The notes under the pieces were generated by a model. The model made no database searches. It was not told where the DNA came from and saw only the letters and a program-made list of their open reading frames with translations. DNA of 59,273 bases, the filler included, from Bipalium vagum (lineage: Eukaryota): assembly GCA_037834085.1 (NCBI GenBank). It is 3 parts of 3 records of this genome, joined end to end, with 100 filler letters (N's around TTAATTAATTAA, not from the genome) between each part and the next. Parts side by side here need not be neighbours in the genome. Positions count along the whole stretch, not along the records: positions 27,263 to 43,252 come from JBBMKC010134133.1; positions 43,353 to 59,273 come from JBBMKC010138269.1; 1 more part is not named here. The stretch is one strand, 5' to 3'. Made by a program: the position numbers and the translations under genes. Shown here in pieces: positions 39,721 to 54,859 of this stretch (within the stretch, counting starts at the first letter, position 1; each line of letters opens with the position of its first letter).

Positions 39721-41224
39721 TTACTCAAAGTTTTGACATAAATTCTGTATAGATAAATGTATAAAATAAATAAAATATTAATAAAAATTTATTAATAATT
39801 TTGTATACCTAAGAATGATGAAAATAAATTAAGCAATACTTTTAATTTATATGGAGAAATTTCTTAATATATTTTAAAATAATTTAAGGAATATTTTGCA
39901 TATTAATCTCAAAAACATTTCGCCGAACGTCTCAGTAGAATATCTCATCACTGGAATCTAAAAATAAAATTGCAAAACCTTTCAATAATCCTATTAATTA
40001 CAGATTTTGGATGGGTTGCTGAAGATATTTAATTATATTTTCCATGTTTCTTAAAATTCACTGTTCAAAATAATAAATAATAAATATATCCATTTTTGTA
40101 CTTAATAGAGCTTCTCAATCAATAATGATAATAATAATAATAATAAATTAAGAAAAAAATGTCTTAAATTTTTTATAAAATTTTGGGTGAATGAAAATAT
40201 TTTTACTCTCCTCAAAGTACCCAAAAAATATCTCAATAAGAATTTATGTTTAATTTAATTATTAAGAGGAAGAATAAATAGTTATTTTAATTCTAATAAA
40301 ATCAAAAAAGTATTTTATTTATTTAATAAGAGTTTTTTGTTTTAATTAGTCTTTATTCAAAATTGGAAAAACTTTAATAAGTTTGGAAAAATATTATGAT
40401 TCTTTCGAAATTTTTGAAATGATTTTTGCATGATAAATTTGATTCACAAAAATTAAAATATAAAATTAAAAATATATTAAATAATTTTTATAACTCACTG
40501 TTTAAATAATTCTCAATTTTATATATTTAATTTCTTCTGTCATGCCATGACATTAACTTTTGTAATCGATTGTTACATCCACTGAAACAGCTGTGAAAAA
40601 ATATTTCTCATTTAATATTTTAATAATAAATCTTTTATTTTCTCAAGCTCAAAAATATAAAAAAAATAACAATATGAAAAATAAACAAAAAAATGTAAAA
40701 TGTAATTTAATAAATTTTAATTATGGAATAATGTCAAATTTGAAACAAGTTAATCTGAAACTTAATTAATTATGTTCTAAATGAATTAAATTTAACAATT
40801 AAATGAACAAGATTAATAATTGTTTGGTCTTCGAAACTAACTTAGTAGACTGAATAAATTGAAAATTAAAATTAATTTAAAAGCTTTAATTAAAAAAGAA
40901 AATGTACAATACTGATGATATAATTAACAATAGCAGACTCATTATATTAATAAATAATTATAATATTAAAACAAGTGAGTGTTGTTAAATATTTAGAGAA
41001 AGAATTATTTTTTAAAATATTATTTATTATAATATCAGAATTTTCATTTTATTTATTATTATTAATCATTATTTTTTATTTTCTTTTACTTTAAATTTTT
41101 GTCTTTAATTTTTCAATATTCTTAAATAATAGATGAAATTATGAATAATAAAAAAAAATTAAAAATATAATAAAAGATCAAATTTCATGTATACCTTGAA
41201 ATATATTTTGCGTCTATTCAATAG

Positions 41225-41435
41225 ATCCCTACAGAAGAAGCTCACAAGGTCGTCAACATATTTGTCACTCCCAAAGGTCCACCAGTCAACGGAGAGATTC
41301 GGTAGAGAGTGACAGAGTCCATCGGGTGATGCCCAGATGTTGTCCAAACGAATATGTTTCTAGAGATCTTGATAATGATTTTCCCATGTCCAATGATTTT
41401 ATGAACAACGAATACAGGAACCCTGAGTCTCAAAG
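41225..41435 (+). CDS. Ser/Arg-rich exon, probably of the RIM-like gene
   Basis: tag acceptor, ag|gt donor, open PYRRSSQGRQ...RNPESQ, phase 1-2. Confidence 0.7.
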
Positions 41436-42015
41436 GTTTGCTTTTAATTTATGTCAGTGAGATTAATTATAAATTAAATTAATATTATTTTTATGAGTTC
41501 AATATTAAAATTAAATTACCGAAATTTATCGAATTAATTTTAAGTAAATGGATTTTCGATTATTTCGACAAGAATTAAATCAATATTTACTATTTATAAT
41601 AAATAAATTATACAATTTCTAAAAGTTAAATTACATCCGCATTGATTGAAGATTGAGAGAAAATTAATAATTTTAAAGATAAATGCTGAAAATCCATTAT
41701 TTTTGAGAGCTAATTGGCCCCTGAAGTTCCTCTGATTTATCGCAATTAATTCTCAAAATATTTCTCTTGTTTATCTTAATGAATATTTTTCCAATCGCTC
41801 AAAGAATAAGTATTAATTATCAAAATAATAAAATTATTATTGTAATATTTTCCATAGTTCTAAATGTGAATATATATTCAGAATATCTGCTTCTTTATTA
41901 ATACTATTATAAGTAATACAATATATTATATAATTTTTACGTTTATATCATATACACTTTGTTACCTATGAATCCTACACTTATGTTATTATTGGCGTGC
42001 TCGCTCTAAATTCAG

Positions 42016-45000
42016 TCGTATACTATACAGACGATCAAAAATAGCAACTACGAAAACACTACAGGTGAAAAACGAAAATAGTCAATTAATAGCTTACACA
42101 TATCGAATACTCAACTGATTAATAATCAATAGCTGTTAAGTATCAGATATTGAAAGAATTACATACTAAATTTAATAGAAAAATCAACTAATAAATCAGT
42201 GTTAGAATTCGATTAATCAATATAATATAATATTATTTTATTGAATGTAATATAATTGAAGTTAATGTGTTGTAAAATTTTATCTTATTTTATTTTTAAT
42301 TTTCTTTACGAAATATCATTTTCATAAAAGTTATTAATTTTCCTTTTTTGAAAATCAATGTAAAATTAAAAACAATAGAAAATCAGTTTTACCCAACATT
42401 TTTAATTGAAGTCTGAGCCAATGTTTGTCAAACCATTTGACGACGCCTTATTGTATTCGACTCCCTTTTCATAGGAAATAAGACTTTATGTTGGGATTTA
42501 TTTATGTTTAAAATCAGCTTATATTAATTGTTTTCCCAGCTTGGTTTATAATGACAATAAGACTTACACTGAAAATTTTTTCTTTTCTAAAAATCACTAC
42601 ATTTTGGTAATTTTACCAAGATTTTCCAGATATTTTCAAAGTTTTGGTTCCTTTAACTAAAGCAGAAATAATTGATATGTCATCTAGAATAAGAACCGTG
42701 TTTCAGCATCAAAAATATGTACAAGATTTTAGTTTTAACTTTAAAATGTATCACAATATTAATTTAAATGTTTTTAAAACCTCTCGCATAAATTCATCGT
42801 ACGGTTGGGTGTGGTTTTTTTAACAGATTTGAATGAACTTTTCTATATTCTACATTCAATGTTATAAAAATCGATAATTAATAAAAATAAAATCAATTGA
42901 TTTAAATATTATTATTTTTATTATTATTGATTCGCTATTTAATATTTTTATTGTTATTCTTTCGTTTATCATTATTAATATTTATTAATATTAATATTAT
43001 TATTATTGTTTTTTGTTATTTTTATTATTACTTTTCATTAAATACAAATTTATTTCATTTATTTACTCAACCATTATAATAATAATACAAATAAAAGCAA
43101 ATATGATATCAAATCAGTATTATTGATCAAAATTAGATAATTAACGTCTGTACGTTTTGTAGCAAATAATATATATATATACACTACCGTCCATAAGTTT
43201 AATCGCACCTGAAAGAATTTGATTCATGTGGTTTTAAAACTTAAAAAAGAGANNNNNNNNNNNNNNNNNNNNNNNNNNNNNNNNNNNNNNNNNNNNTTAA
43301 TTAATTAANNNNNNNNNNNNNNNNNNNNNNNNNNNNNNNNNNNNNNNNNNNNATTGTATTTAATTTTTTCGAAAAAAATTTTATTTAATTTTTGCGAAAA
43401 AAATTTTATTTAATTTTTTCGAAAAAAATTTTATTTAAATTTTTTCTAAAATAAATATAAAAAAATATTTAATTGATATATCCATCAAAATTTATAGATA
43501 ATCTATAAAAAAAATAAAATTCATGGAATCGACACGTATTCCGTTGAAATGTCTAAATCAAAGTAAACGAAAAATGAATTTAATTTAATTTTTCTTTCAT
43601 TAAAAAATTTTTTGTCGTAAAACAACATAATCAAACTTTTCGTTTAATGAAGTCTTTTGAATATCTTACATGTCTCAATTATTTTCTTTATGAAATTAAA
43701 ATGACGTCAAATTGACATAGAATAATTTAATTTTCATTTACCAAATTTAAAAATGTCAATTATTTTTATCGACAGATTCAAACAAAAATGTTTTCGAAAG
43801 AATACATTGTGTGTTTTCCTCTGGAAAAAGTTTTGTAATTTGTTTTGGGAATGTTTAACGTTATTGTTAATTAGATTTTTCAATTTTCCTTTGAGACTTT
43901 TAATAATAAGATTAAAAAAATATTTATAAAAATAACGCTTAAATAAATCTAACATACTTTCTTGTTTTCTGATTCTTATTCTAATTCTTGTACAGAATAT
44001 CATTGTGTGCTTTTGTAAATATATTATGTCATTCTGGTTTTATTCTTCAATTTTGTTTAAATCATATGAAATTATTTCTTTTATTTTATTATTTCCAATT
44101 CTTTTAAATATGTCCTGAGAGATTTGCAATTTTGTTTTAATTTTCATTTCTTTTACATATATTACGTGTATTAGCATGATTCCAGCTTTTACAAAAATGA
44201 GTTAAATTACCATCATATATTATTTGTAAGATTATATATCAATAATTCAATGAAAACATAACTTTATTTAAATAGATATTGTTTATATAATACAGAAATT
44301 CAAAATGACCAATTTTGTTCCAAATAAACGTCATTTGCGGGAAGTAATGCTGCATTACTTGTTTTCAAAGAAAGTCCGTACAGAAACACACCGGTTGTTG
44401 ATAGACGTTTACGAGGAATATGCTCCTTCCGCTACGACATGCAAAGAATGGTTTTGCCGATTCAGGAATAGAAGATTGCAACATCATGGACAAAGAGCAC
44501 GATAGACTAAAAAAATGTTTGATTATGAAGAATTGGCGCAATTACCACACGAAAACCCCTGTAAAACACAAACCGAACTGTCCATTTTGGTAAATTTGAG
44601 CCAGGGTGCATATTCCAAGGTCTGAAAAGTATGGAATGATTAGAAAATTAGGGAAATGTGTCGCACACAGATAGACTAAAGAGAGATATATTGAAAGACG
44701 AGTTACAACCTGTGAAATCCATATTCAGAGGAAACAAAGAACTTTTTCCTGCAAAAGATTGTGATAGGATATCAGACGTGGATTCTATATGACAGCCCAA
44801 AACACAAAATCTTCATGGGTCTAAAGTGATTTGGTGGGATCAAAAAGTTACAATTTATTATGAACCATCAGAAACGATGACTGGGGAACGTTATCGATTC
44901 ATTTGAAGCGAGCTCTGAACGAGAAAAGATCAGAATTAGCAGACAAACACGATAAGATAGTTTTAATACACGATAACTGCAGACCGCATGTTCATTCTAT

Positions 45001-46161
45001 TGTAAATAATTACTTACAAAGTGCAAACTTGGAAGTCTTACATCAACCACAATATTCACAAGATATTGCACCTTCACATTTTTCTTTGTTCCGCTCGATG
45101 CAATCCTCGCTTTCTGAAAGCGATTCAGTTCCGATGAAGACCTTCAAAAATGAATTTATATGTTGATTTCTTCATTAGAACCAGATTTATTTTGTGGAAT
45201 CTATTCGTTATCTAAAAATATGGTCCAATGTCATATCTGTAAATAGAAAATATTTTGATTAAATGTTATTAAATAGAACTTTTTTACAATTTTAAAAAAA
45301 ACCCGGAATCAAACTAATACAACTAATATTTGTTTATATTAATTATATTATTGATTATAAGTGTAATAATTTTTCAGGGGTCACCAAAATTAACGGAGAG
45401 AACATTTATTTCGATAAAGCACTACAATTTTAATGTCATATATCGATTGAAAATGTAAATACTTTTCAATTAATTTTTCTATATTTTTGTTAACGAATAT
45501 TTAAGTTAGTTTTAATTCATCAATTTAAGCATTAACATCATGCCTCTTTCAAATGTAATTTGTTGGAATTTGATAGATAATTACGATAAGTTAAGATATA
45601 AAAATGAATTTTATTTTAGACAATTATTTTTAATATTTTGTATATAATTTCTGTTATGCGAGAAATTAATTTGTTTAATTAAATTTAAAACAAATACGAT
45701 TTTCTGTGTCACTATGTGCCAAGTTGTCTCAAATTATCCTGCCATCTCATATCTTCCAGATGTTTCCCCTCAGAACTGCTTAAAGCGTGATAATAATAAG
45801 ACCATTACCAAACACTCAATTCTGTTTTATTTTGTACAGTTTGCATCTATCGTCATTAAACTAAAATAAGTCTTGTTTCTTTGCTGATGATGAATATGAT
45901 GTTTATTTAGAGATCCATACTATCTTTTAATGATAATTAGATAATGAAGGAAATAACCCGTAGTACTTACTGACAAAAAAAGGATAATGATAAAAAAACG
46001 TTTAACGTTGATAAATTCTAAATTGATGTGTTGAAAACAACAGAGAAAATATAATAAACATAACAGCAAAATAAATATCATTATCCGATAAGGATTACAT
46101 ATATTTCAGGTTTCGTCAAGAAGAAGACATTAGGCTTTTCATTCGAAATGAGGGATTCTGA
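42016..46161 (+). CDS. candidate terminal exons 42016-42064, 45378-45454, 46110-46161
   Basis: Phase-compatible chain ending in TGA; no convincing homology; crosses a scaffold gap. Confidence 0.35.
43253..43352. other. assembly gap with artificial TTAATTAATTAA linker
   Basis: 44 N, linker, 44 N. Confidence 0.97.
43357..43445. repeat. 25-bp tandem repeat, about 3.5 copies
   Basis: Unit tatttaattttttcgaaaaaaattt. Confidence 0.85.
44160..45328 (+). mobile_element. near full-length decayed mariner (Mos1/mauritiana-like)
   Basis: MTNFVPNKRHLREVMLHY, LIHDNCRPH, YSQDIAPSHFSLF; imperfect TIRs at both ends. Confidence 0.92.
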
Positions 46162-47639
46162 TAGATATCGGATTGTCTAGTATGAGATTATTCTGGGGGA
46201 CAATATTCATCTAGAGAAAAATTGCAAAGAGATAATCAATGAAGATAAAGATAACCTTCTCGAAAGAGTTCGATTGAGGATAGTAAAGTGTTTCAATTAT
46301 AAGACATTTTGCATAGACGTAGAAAATAATTTTTGTTTATTTTGGTTTCTTTTTTTCTTTTGCATTGTTTAAATGAATGAAATATTAATTAATTTTGTTT
46401 TCTGTGAGAGATATGAGAAAACCCAATGTAATAATAGGATGAAAATATTAAAAGTTCAATTCACGAAAGATTTATACTTTTTAGGGTTTATGTTGTCCAA
46501 AAATGTTATTAATGTCGTTTCATAATGAAACCATAAAATATTTTTAATATATAAATAAAATAAAGATTTTCATGATTATTTGTGAAATGTTAATGAGTTT
46601 ATCTTCATCAATATTCTATGATCTTAGACTAAGAGTACATAAGGAGTTTTACAGTTAAAAGGTTAAAGATGTAAAATATATTATAATAAATATTTTAATA
46701 ATAAACTGAAATTCTGAATTAACGTAATAAATATTAGAAATTTAACTAAAATTAATAAATCCCCAATTTTTAAAGTAATTTTTTCTAAAAAATGATCGAT
46801 ATTAAATCTCTTGGTTTATAAATAATACGTGACGTACAGTGTAAAAAAACAAAAAAATATTAAAATATTTTGTTTTAATTAATGTTAAGATATTTAATAT
46901 TTAATTATATTTTTAATTATAAAATATTTTAACTATTTTATTTATGAGAAATACTTAAAAGTTAATATTGTTAAAATTAATTTAATTTTCGTAACCTAAT
47001 CAAATCGAAATATATAAAAATTATTGAAATGAACAATAAAATCGATAAATATTATTGAATTTTGAACCTGAAATTTCTCTTTCGTTAAAATTGAAAAACG
47101 GTTTTATTTATATTATTTTATTAAATATTTTTATTTTTCGGAAACAGCCCTTTATCGTAGACATTTTAGCCAAAAAGACAGAAGTTGATTTCTGGTTTTA
47201 GAGTAAACGTCCAGATTTCTAGAATCGTTGAATCGTTGAAGGATTATCCGGCATCATAATTGATTTCTGAAACCTTACTCTTCAAGAATTTTTTCGAACT
47301 GGTTATATTTCTGTAAGGTCGATTGAGTCCCATACATATCATGAAGAAGAATTGGATCTTTATCATTAACTGTCTTTGTACTCAGATCTTTTCCAGTAAG
47401 TTTTAATATCTTTTTCCATTATCTTCAAATTATGATTTTGATTTGAATCATGATTTAGATAAATCATCTTCATTATTATTGGATAAAAGTAAAAATTCAT
47501 TTCTTTAATATAAACATTTAAAAAAATTTTTTTTTAAATAAATTCTAAAAATTTCCAAATTTTAAGAATTATTTTTTAAGGAACTGTAATTCTTATTTAA
47601 AAAAAATGTTCTCCAAAATATATTAAATGAAAACATTAA

Positions 47640-48500
47640 TATCCATTGATTTCTGCTGTCTCCATTTTTAAATTAATTTCTGATTCAGTATTTTTATTAG
47701 GTATAATTCGCTTATTTTTCTTTCTTCACCATTATCAAAGTTGCTCACTACCACAAAAATCATTTTGATTCGATTGTTTTCTGTCTTTCTTTGCATTCTT
47801 TTTTGGTAATTTTCAATATTTTCAAGTTTTTATGTGACGTTATGTATTCTCTATTTATAAACAGCATTCATGACATTAAAATTTATACACGATATTAGAT
47901 TGCAATGCTTTTGAAGTCACTATTTTGATTTTTTAAAAATCTCACGTCTTCGGAGATACAGATATAACCTTTTACTTTTAAAAGTATGAAATCAATCTGA
48001 AAAGGGAATTTTAAAAATATTCTTATATTCAATTTTTCTTTTTCCTTATTTACACTGGATTATTTGTTATTCATAAACGTATCCACAGAAGGTCCATCAT
48101 CCTTTCGATTTTTCATGATAGATAAGTATTAGTTATTAAGTTCATTCCGTTCAATGTCGATCTTCTTTTAACCCGATGTTAATGACTAAACTCTGTGTAT
48201 TAATTCATTCATTAGATCATTTTTATACTTTTCCTCCAGAGTGCTATCATTTGATATGTATAATTCGGTATCTTTTTTCTGTAAATTGATGTTTTCAATT
48301 TATTACTTTTTTTCTTTTAAGACTATTACGTCCAGGAATGGTAATTTGCTTTCTTTTTTCGTTTATAATAATAAATATTCCAGTTTCAGGAAAAGAATTT
48401 AGAAAATCTTATACTTTTGTCAAGACATTTGTTAACGACATAAATTACAAATGAGTTGAGACAGTATTTATCGCAATATTTTTAAGCAGTGCAATATTAA
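47640..48500 (-). mobile_element. decayed Penelope-like element (RT end plus GIY-YIG)
   Basis: KESKLPFLDVIV, LKTSIYRK, ELIHRV, NAVYK and ERKISELYLIK on the minus strand. Confidence 0.75.
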
Positions 48501-50029
48501 TATGTAACAGTATTTCTATATCTACTTTTATTGTTATTATTGTTGTTATTATTTATTATTAATAATACTTTCATTAACATTATATTTATTAAAATATTAT
48601 TAAAATTAAATTATTTTTAAAGAGACTAAACCAATATTATAAAAACGTTTAATTATAGAATTTTTCATCTACAATGACGAACTGAGCACACAAATAATAA
48701 ATTAAAATATTTTTAACGAATTATTTTTAATTTGGAAATATTTGCTTTGATATTAATTTAATTTACTTTTTGTACAGTGTGATCGGACATGTGATGGAAA
48801 ATATCAAGTTAACCAAAATGACCTTTTTATTTTCCTTCTTAACGATAACATTGATTAAAAAATCTTTTTCCTTCTACCTTTTGAGAAAATTATTTTATTA
48901 AAATCAATAGTCTCAAATTATAAATTTTACGGAAATTATTACAACTAATTTCCAAATAAATATTTGGGTTGTTAATTGTTTTTTCATTTAAGGAAAACTT
49001 CAATTTGTTGATTTTGAATGTGTGATTCGCGAACAAGGAACGATGCATTATAGTTATCTAATAATGATATAATGATATAATAAAAATGATCATCTAAACA
49101 ACATTTCATATGAAAACAACAAAAATTGCAAAAACTTCTTTTTTCAAAAAAATACATAAGTAGCAAAACGTGTTCGCTTAAAATATAAAAAAATTAATAT
49201 TCTAAATAAAAATATTATTATAAAAATGTTTTCATACATATATTATTATTAAACCAAATTATTGTGAATGTGCGTAAGTTTCCATCGTTTACATATGATA
49301 TTAGAAGTATTAAAATATAATATATGCTTTGTTTTGAAATATTTTTGTTTAAGTAAGTCAATATTGATTATATTTATTTGTTTTATCTCATAATTTATTT
49401 AAATGATCGTATTTATTCACAGGAAATAATATGAAAATCGATAAAATGCATAATATTTCATTATTTAAAATATTAACACAGAATTTTAAGCTATTTTATT
49501 TTACTTAATCTTTAATTGCATTAAAAATCCTTGTCAAAATTATTTTAAATATGAAAAAGTTTTTTTTTTGTGTTCCACATTTAATGATTGAATGGTGTTC
49601 TCAAAACGTTTAGTTTTATTATTTCTTTAATCTTTATGAATACTAATAAAACCATTTTTGTAAAAATAAATTTTAAATAAAATATTTATTATTATTATTA
49701 ATTATTATTACATTCCTTCGAAAAGTGATAATAAAAATATAATACAAAATAGAAGCATCAATTAGTGCTTTTATATTATCAAGATCATCAAAATAAAAAT
49801 CTAATAAATTCACGTAATCAGAAAAAATATACTTGAAATTATACGATCAATAAAATAATACTATTTATTAATTACCAATTGTTTTAAAATCTCTTTGAAA
49901 TCTTTTGATCATGTTTTAAACGACTCGGTCAAAATTAATATTTGATTTAACAGACCTGTCAAAATTGATACTTGTTGCATTGTTTTGATTTAAAAAAATA
50001 AAAAATTTGTTAAGTAAAAGATTTATTGG

Positions 50030-50700
50030 CAATTCTTAATTTGAATATTTTGTCTCTACATCCATTTATATAAATATGAATCAAAGACGTCATCATAGAC
50101 TCCCTTCGTTGCCACGATCTTAGTCTTAAGTGTCCCCCATATCGAGTCAATTCTTTGAGTGTGAGTTCCTTATAATGGGTAATAAGGTGACGGATTTCCT
50201 GCCTATTATTAACTTTAAAAATATTTTTCCATTCTTGGAGTCGTCAACCATATGAATAACCCATAACTCATGATCAGCAGCGCGTCCCTTATGTTTTTGG
50301 ACTCGGTCAAAAACTAATACTTGATTGATTAGAACGGTCAACTAAAATAATTGAAGTAATTGACCAATCAGGATTTATAGTAGATATTCATTTCGGTCAA
50401 AAAAACATGATCCAATTCGTTTTTGTAATATAGTAATTTCATCTGACCAGAACGTCCTATATATAGATTCAAAATCTTCTCAAGATGTTTTCAAAGATTT
50501 TTAAAGATTTTTTCAAATATATTTTTATTGGATCAAATGAGAATATGACAATGTCATAACATTATTAAAAAGAGTATGACGAAATACCTTAAGTAAAAGT
50601 AATTATTTTGACTGGAGAAGATATACGTTTCTTGAATTTTCTTACGTTTTACTTTTTCAGCGCCTTTTAATGTTTGACTAATATTTATTGAAATTGAGAG
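50030..50700 (-). mobile_element. decayed Merlin (IS1016/ISXO2-like) transposase
   Basis: KHKGRAADHELWVIHMVD...FLKLIIGRKSVTLLPII. Confidence 0.75.
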
Positions 50701-51989
50701 ACACATATTGTAGAGTAAATACAGAAATTAAACAGTAATTATCGAATTCATTACACGTTAGTCAACAAACAATTTCTAATCTTTTAAGACAAATGAGAAA
50801 GTAAATGGAGTTATTAGTATAAACTCATTACAATCCTTTTGTGAATTGAGTGACCAATCAGAAAAGATCAAATATCAATTTTCTTAATAAATTTGAACTT
50901 TTTGGCACTTCACCTCCCTAGGATTTAGAATTTCGAAAATTTCATTGAGCCTTTTAAAAAATTAATGCTAAAATTGTAAATATGATTTAATATAAATAAC
51001 AGCCGCTATATTATTTCTGATCTTTAAAAATACTTAAGAAATTTAACAAATAATATATTTATATGGTATTGAGTATTATTTTAAAATTTGTGATATTAAT
51101 TAATATTGATATTATAAATATTTATGATATTAAGTATCTCTTAATTGATTAAGTTGGGAAGTTTGGCAGAATTTCAAATAAATAAATGGCTAAATAAGAA
51201 GATTTTTCTTTTCCTAGATAGTTGAGTTCTATTAAAGCTAGTAGATATACCAAGCAATTTTGAAAAATTCCAAGATAAGTTTTTTTAATATTCCAATAGT
51301 ATATTAAATAAAATTTATTGTTTTAAAAATACTGAAAAAAAATATTTACTCAAAAAATTTTTCTTATTTAAAGAAAAAAATCAGGAAGAAAAAATAATGA
51401 ACTGACTAAATCTTTTATTTCAGATAGTTCCCTGACAAATTGCTTTCATTTTAAATCATTTTTCATAAAAATATAGATTAATTTCGATCTGAATGATTAA
51501 AATTCATTACATGTCTATTCTTTCACGATAGTCTTCATGATGGAGCTAAGGACGTCTGTTTGGACACATTTGGACACAGTCTTTTTGAAAAACATTTTTG
51601 AAGCATTTCTTACTCATATCCAAGATATTTTTTAATAAATCAGACCATTTGTTACCTTTTTCTGACATCAACAATATTTATACTATCTTAACTTTCGAAA
51701 ACCATATATTTTTGCTATTCGCTACTTCCAAACTAATGTTACTAATTAAAATTCAACCATTTTCAAAGGTTCATCAAGGAAATCCATGAAGGAAAATTTT
51801 AAGATTTCAGAATTTTGCAAAGTTTAGCAAAACAAAAAAAACTCAGCTGAAATTCATAGAACGTATCTTCATATTAACTAACCAAAATGACATCATGATG
51901 AGATCAATATTTGTTCATGACAATCTTAAATCTCTAACCACTCTTTACTGGACCAAGGTTTCAAGACAAACCGAGTCCAGATTCCCATT

Positions 51990-51994
<5 letters not shown>

Positions 51995-52032
<38 letters not shown>
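51995..52032. repeat. (TA)n microsatellite
   Basis: Directly visible. Confidence 0.95.
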
Positions 52033-52037
<5 letters not shown>

Positions 52038-54150
52038 TGAAAAATTATTATTATAAATTATTAACCAAGTCATCAATAACAAATTGCTGAAATATTATAT
52101 AAAATCCATGAGACTTATTTTCTCTTCGAAATCATAATCTTCCAATCTCTTTTTCATACATCTATCGAATGCCCTTATCAGTGCCTGCTGTAAAGACAAA
52201 ACAATTGTAATTCGATAGTTATTTTTTAATCTTTTAGCTACATTCCCCCGGGATTTTAATTGAACGTCATTATAAATTTCAATTACTGATCAACTTGAAT
52301 AGAATGACTTTCTGCACATCTTCCTGTACGAAGGAAACCGAGACTTTCCCTATATAGTTTTTCTTATTCTTTAAGTCAACATTGAAAAATTCAGCTCAAT
52401 TTATATATTATCAGTTAATTAGAAATTACCTATTATTTTCAATAACTATGAAAACTATCAAAAATAGGAAACTGAATAAATACAATGCATTTTTTTTGGA
52501 TTTTCCAAATATATTTTTTTGTTTAAATTATTGTAATCTATGAAAACAAATTCCATTATTTGATAATATTAAAATCCTTTTCCAAATAAATTGTGAATAA
52601 ATTAAAGCTGGTTATTATTTCTGGTGAATTTATAGGCTTTCAAAAAATAATTTAATGAAATTTAAAACAAAATTTAATCAATTGGTAATTAATAATTTAA
52701 AGAAAAAATCGAATATCAATTTTATGTTTATCTAAAAATGACCCTACTGATATTAATTAAAAGATAATAATTAGCGTTTGCCAGACTCTTAATCAATTTA
52801 ATATTTTGTTTCTATTTACGTTTTATATATAAAGAATGTAAGGAAATTCATCAAATATATTTTAAAAAGGATTGAATGTTTTTGTAAACAAAGTAGTGAA
52901 AGATACAAGTGCAACTTTCAACCGATCTGATTATAAACAGGAAATAACTGCGAAAATTACTATTATTTTTATGTTGAATAAAAAATCAAAATAATTCAAA
53001 TTGTCCATTATTATGGTAAATATATTTTTTGCAAACAATAATATTTGTTAAGATATTCAATATATTAAAATCTTTTCATTTTTTATATAATAGATTCTTT
53101 GTTTTATTGAATCACTGAAAAATTTATATTCTTTTTAAAATATTCTTCTGCTTTTTTATAATCTTAATTAATAATAGTTAACACTAAAATTTTGTTACAA
53201 TAATTGAATTTAAAAGATTTTATCTGAAATCATTTATATATTTTAAAAAATTATTTATTTTATTATATTAAATACATTAAATTCATTATCAATAAAATTA
53301 TTTCCTGGCGAAATAAGAAATAATGTTATATTTCAATACAAAAAATAAATTTTATAATTTTTTTAAAATATAGTACTATTATCATTATCATGATATTTAT
53401 AGTTTTTATTTTTTATTTTTTATTTTTTATTTTTTATTTTTTATTTTATATTTCATATTTTTATTAATTATTTTATTTATTATTATTTAATTTTATTAAT
53501 ATTTTTTTCACTATTATATAAAAAATCGTAAAAAACATTGTCAATCACGACATTTTTCTAACTCAACGTAATTTTATACCCTGAATGTTGATTTATTCTG
53601 AAAGAAATTTTGGATTGAGAAAGGTTTTTAGCTATTTAGAGATGAATAAATATATTATAAATTTTATTTGCATTTCCCTCTGATGTTCGTGTACTTATAT
53701 ATACTATTGATTTCATTGGAGTTTATAAGGAAAATAATAATTTTTGTTTTAAACAGTGACTTTTATCATATATCTTCATAATATCGGTTATGTGGATTCT
53801 CTTTTATCCATTTAGTAATATTTATAAGCTTGTGAGACAAATCTGTTTATTAATGAATTTATAATAATTTTAAAAAACAATAAAGTAATTAAACAAATAA
53901 TCGAAAATCAATAAAACACAGCACCTTTAAAAATTGTGTAATATTTCTTTCACTTATATCCATAATTAATATTTTTTTAAATATTAGTATTAATTTTTTC
54001 AAGATTATTTAACTCTTATTTACAATTAAATTTTCTTAAGAAAGGTTATTCAAAAGTTCCCTCTTGAGATTTGCTTTCCTTTAAGGATTTTAAGTTTTGT
54101 ACTAAACTAAAATTTCCGCATAGAGCATGAAGTAGACTCTATGCGAGATT

Positions 54151-54331
54151 TACCGTAGATACGCGAGTATATCGCGAGATTTTTTAGCTGCAATTGGAGA
54201 GAAATTTGGGGAGTCGCGGTATTCTCCAGACAACAATAATTTAATTTATTGGACACTGATTTCACTTTTTCATCCAATTTTGTATGTCTCGCGTTATAGT
54301 CGGGTGGCGTTATACTCGCGTATCTACGGTA
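54151..54331. mobile_element. pogo/Tc2-type MITE
   Basis: Perfect 21-bp inverted repeat taccgtagatacgcgagtata including TA ends. Confidence 0.85.
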
Positions 54332-54859
54332 CATGAAAAACGAACGTGCTGAAAATACGTACGGTTAAAGAGATATTTTTAAAAGTTGAAATTCGAGTCA
54401 TTGACAAACAGAGATGTGACTGACATTACGAAGTATTTCAAAAAGAATGATACATAACCTAAACTATTATTTTATTACACCCTATTTTTAGATTAGTTAA
54501 AAGGATATAAGATAAAAAAAGCTATTAATAACAGCTATCGTCTTTATACTTCAATTCTCAATTCTAATTAAAATACCCTAAAAGGAACATCAATTTGTTA
54601 TAAACGTTATCCAACTGTTTTTGCTAATGATTTATGTCCTACTTTTCTTGTGAAGAGTTGAAATCTCGACAGACGAGAGTTTGTAATAATTGAATGTTTG
54701 CAAATAGTCTTTCCAATGTGTCTTAGTAATAGTGGGTGAATACGTAGCTATATTAATCTTAAAAACTTTTTTCGTTTTTTCTGTTCGAAATCTGTCATTA
54801 GTAATTCAATTTGTTATAATGTAATACTATTCTTGTACCATTATTATGATTCTCGTTTA

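Noticed and set aside
41159-41433. Two minus-strand ORFs in the ORF track
   Set aside because: Shadows of the plus-strand exon 41225-41435.
47140-47500. Possible piggyBac transposase N-terminus on minus strand
   Set aside because: Similarity too weak to support a call.
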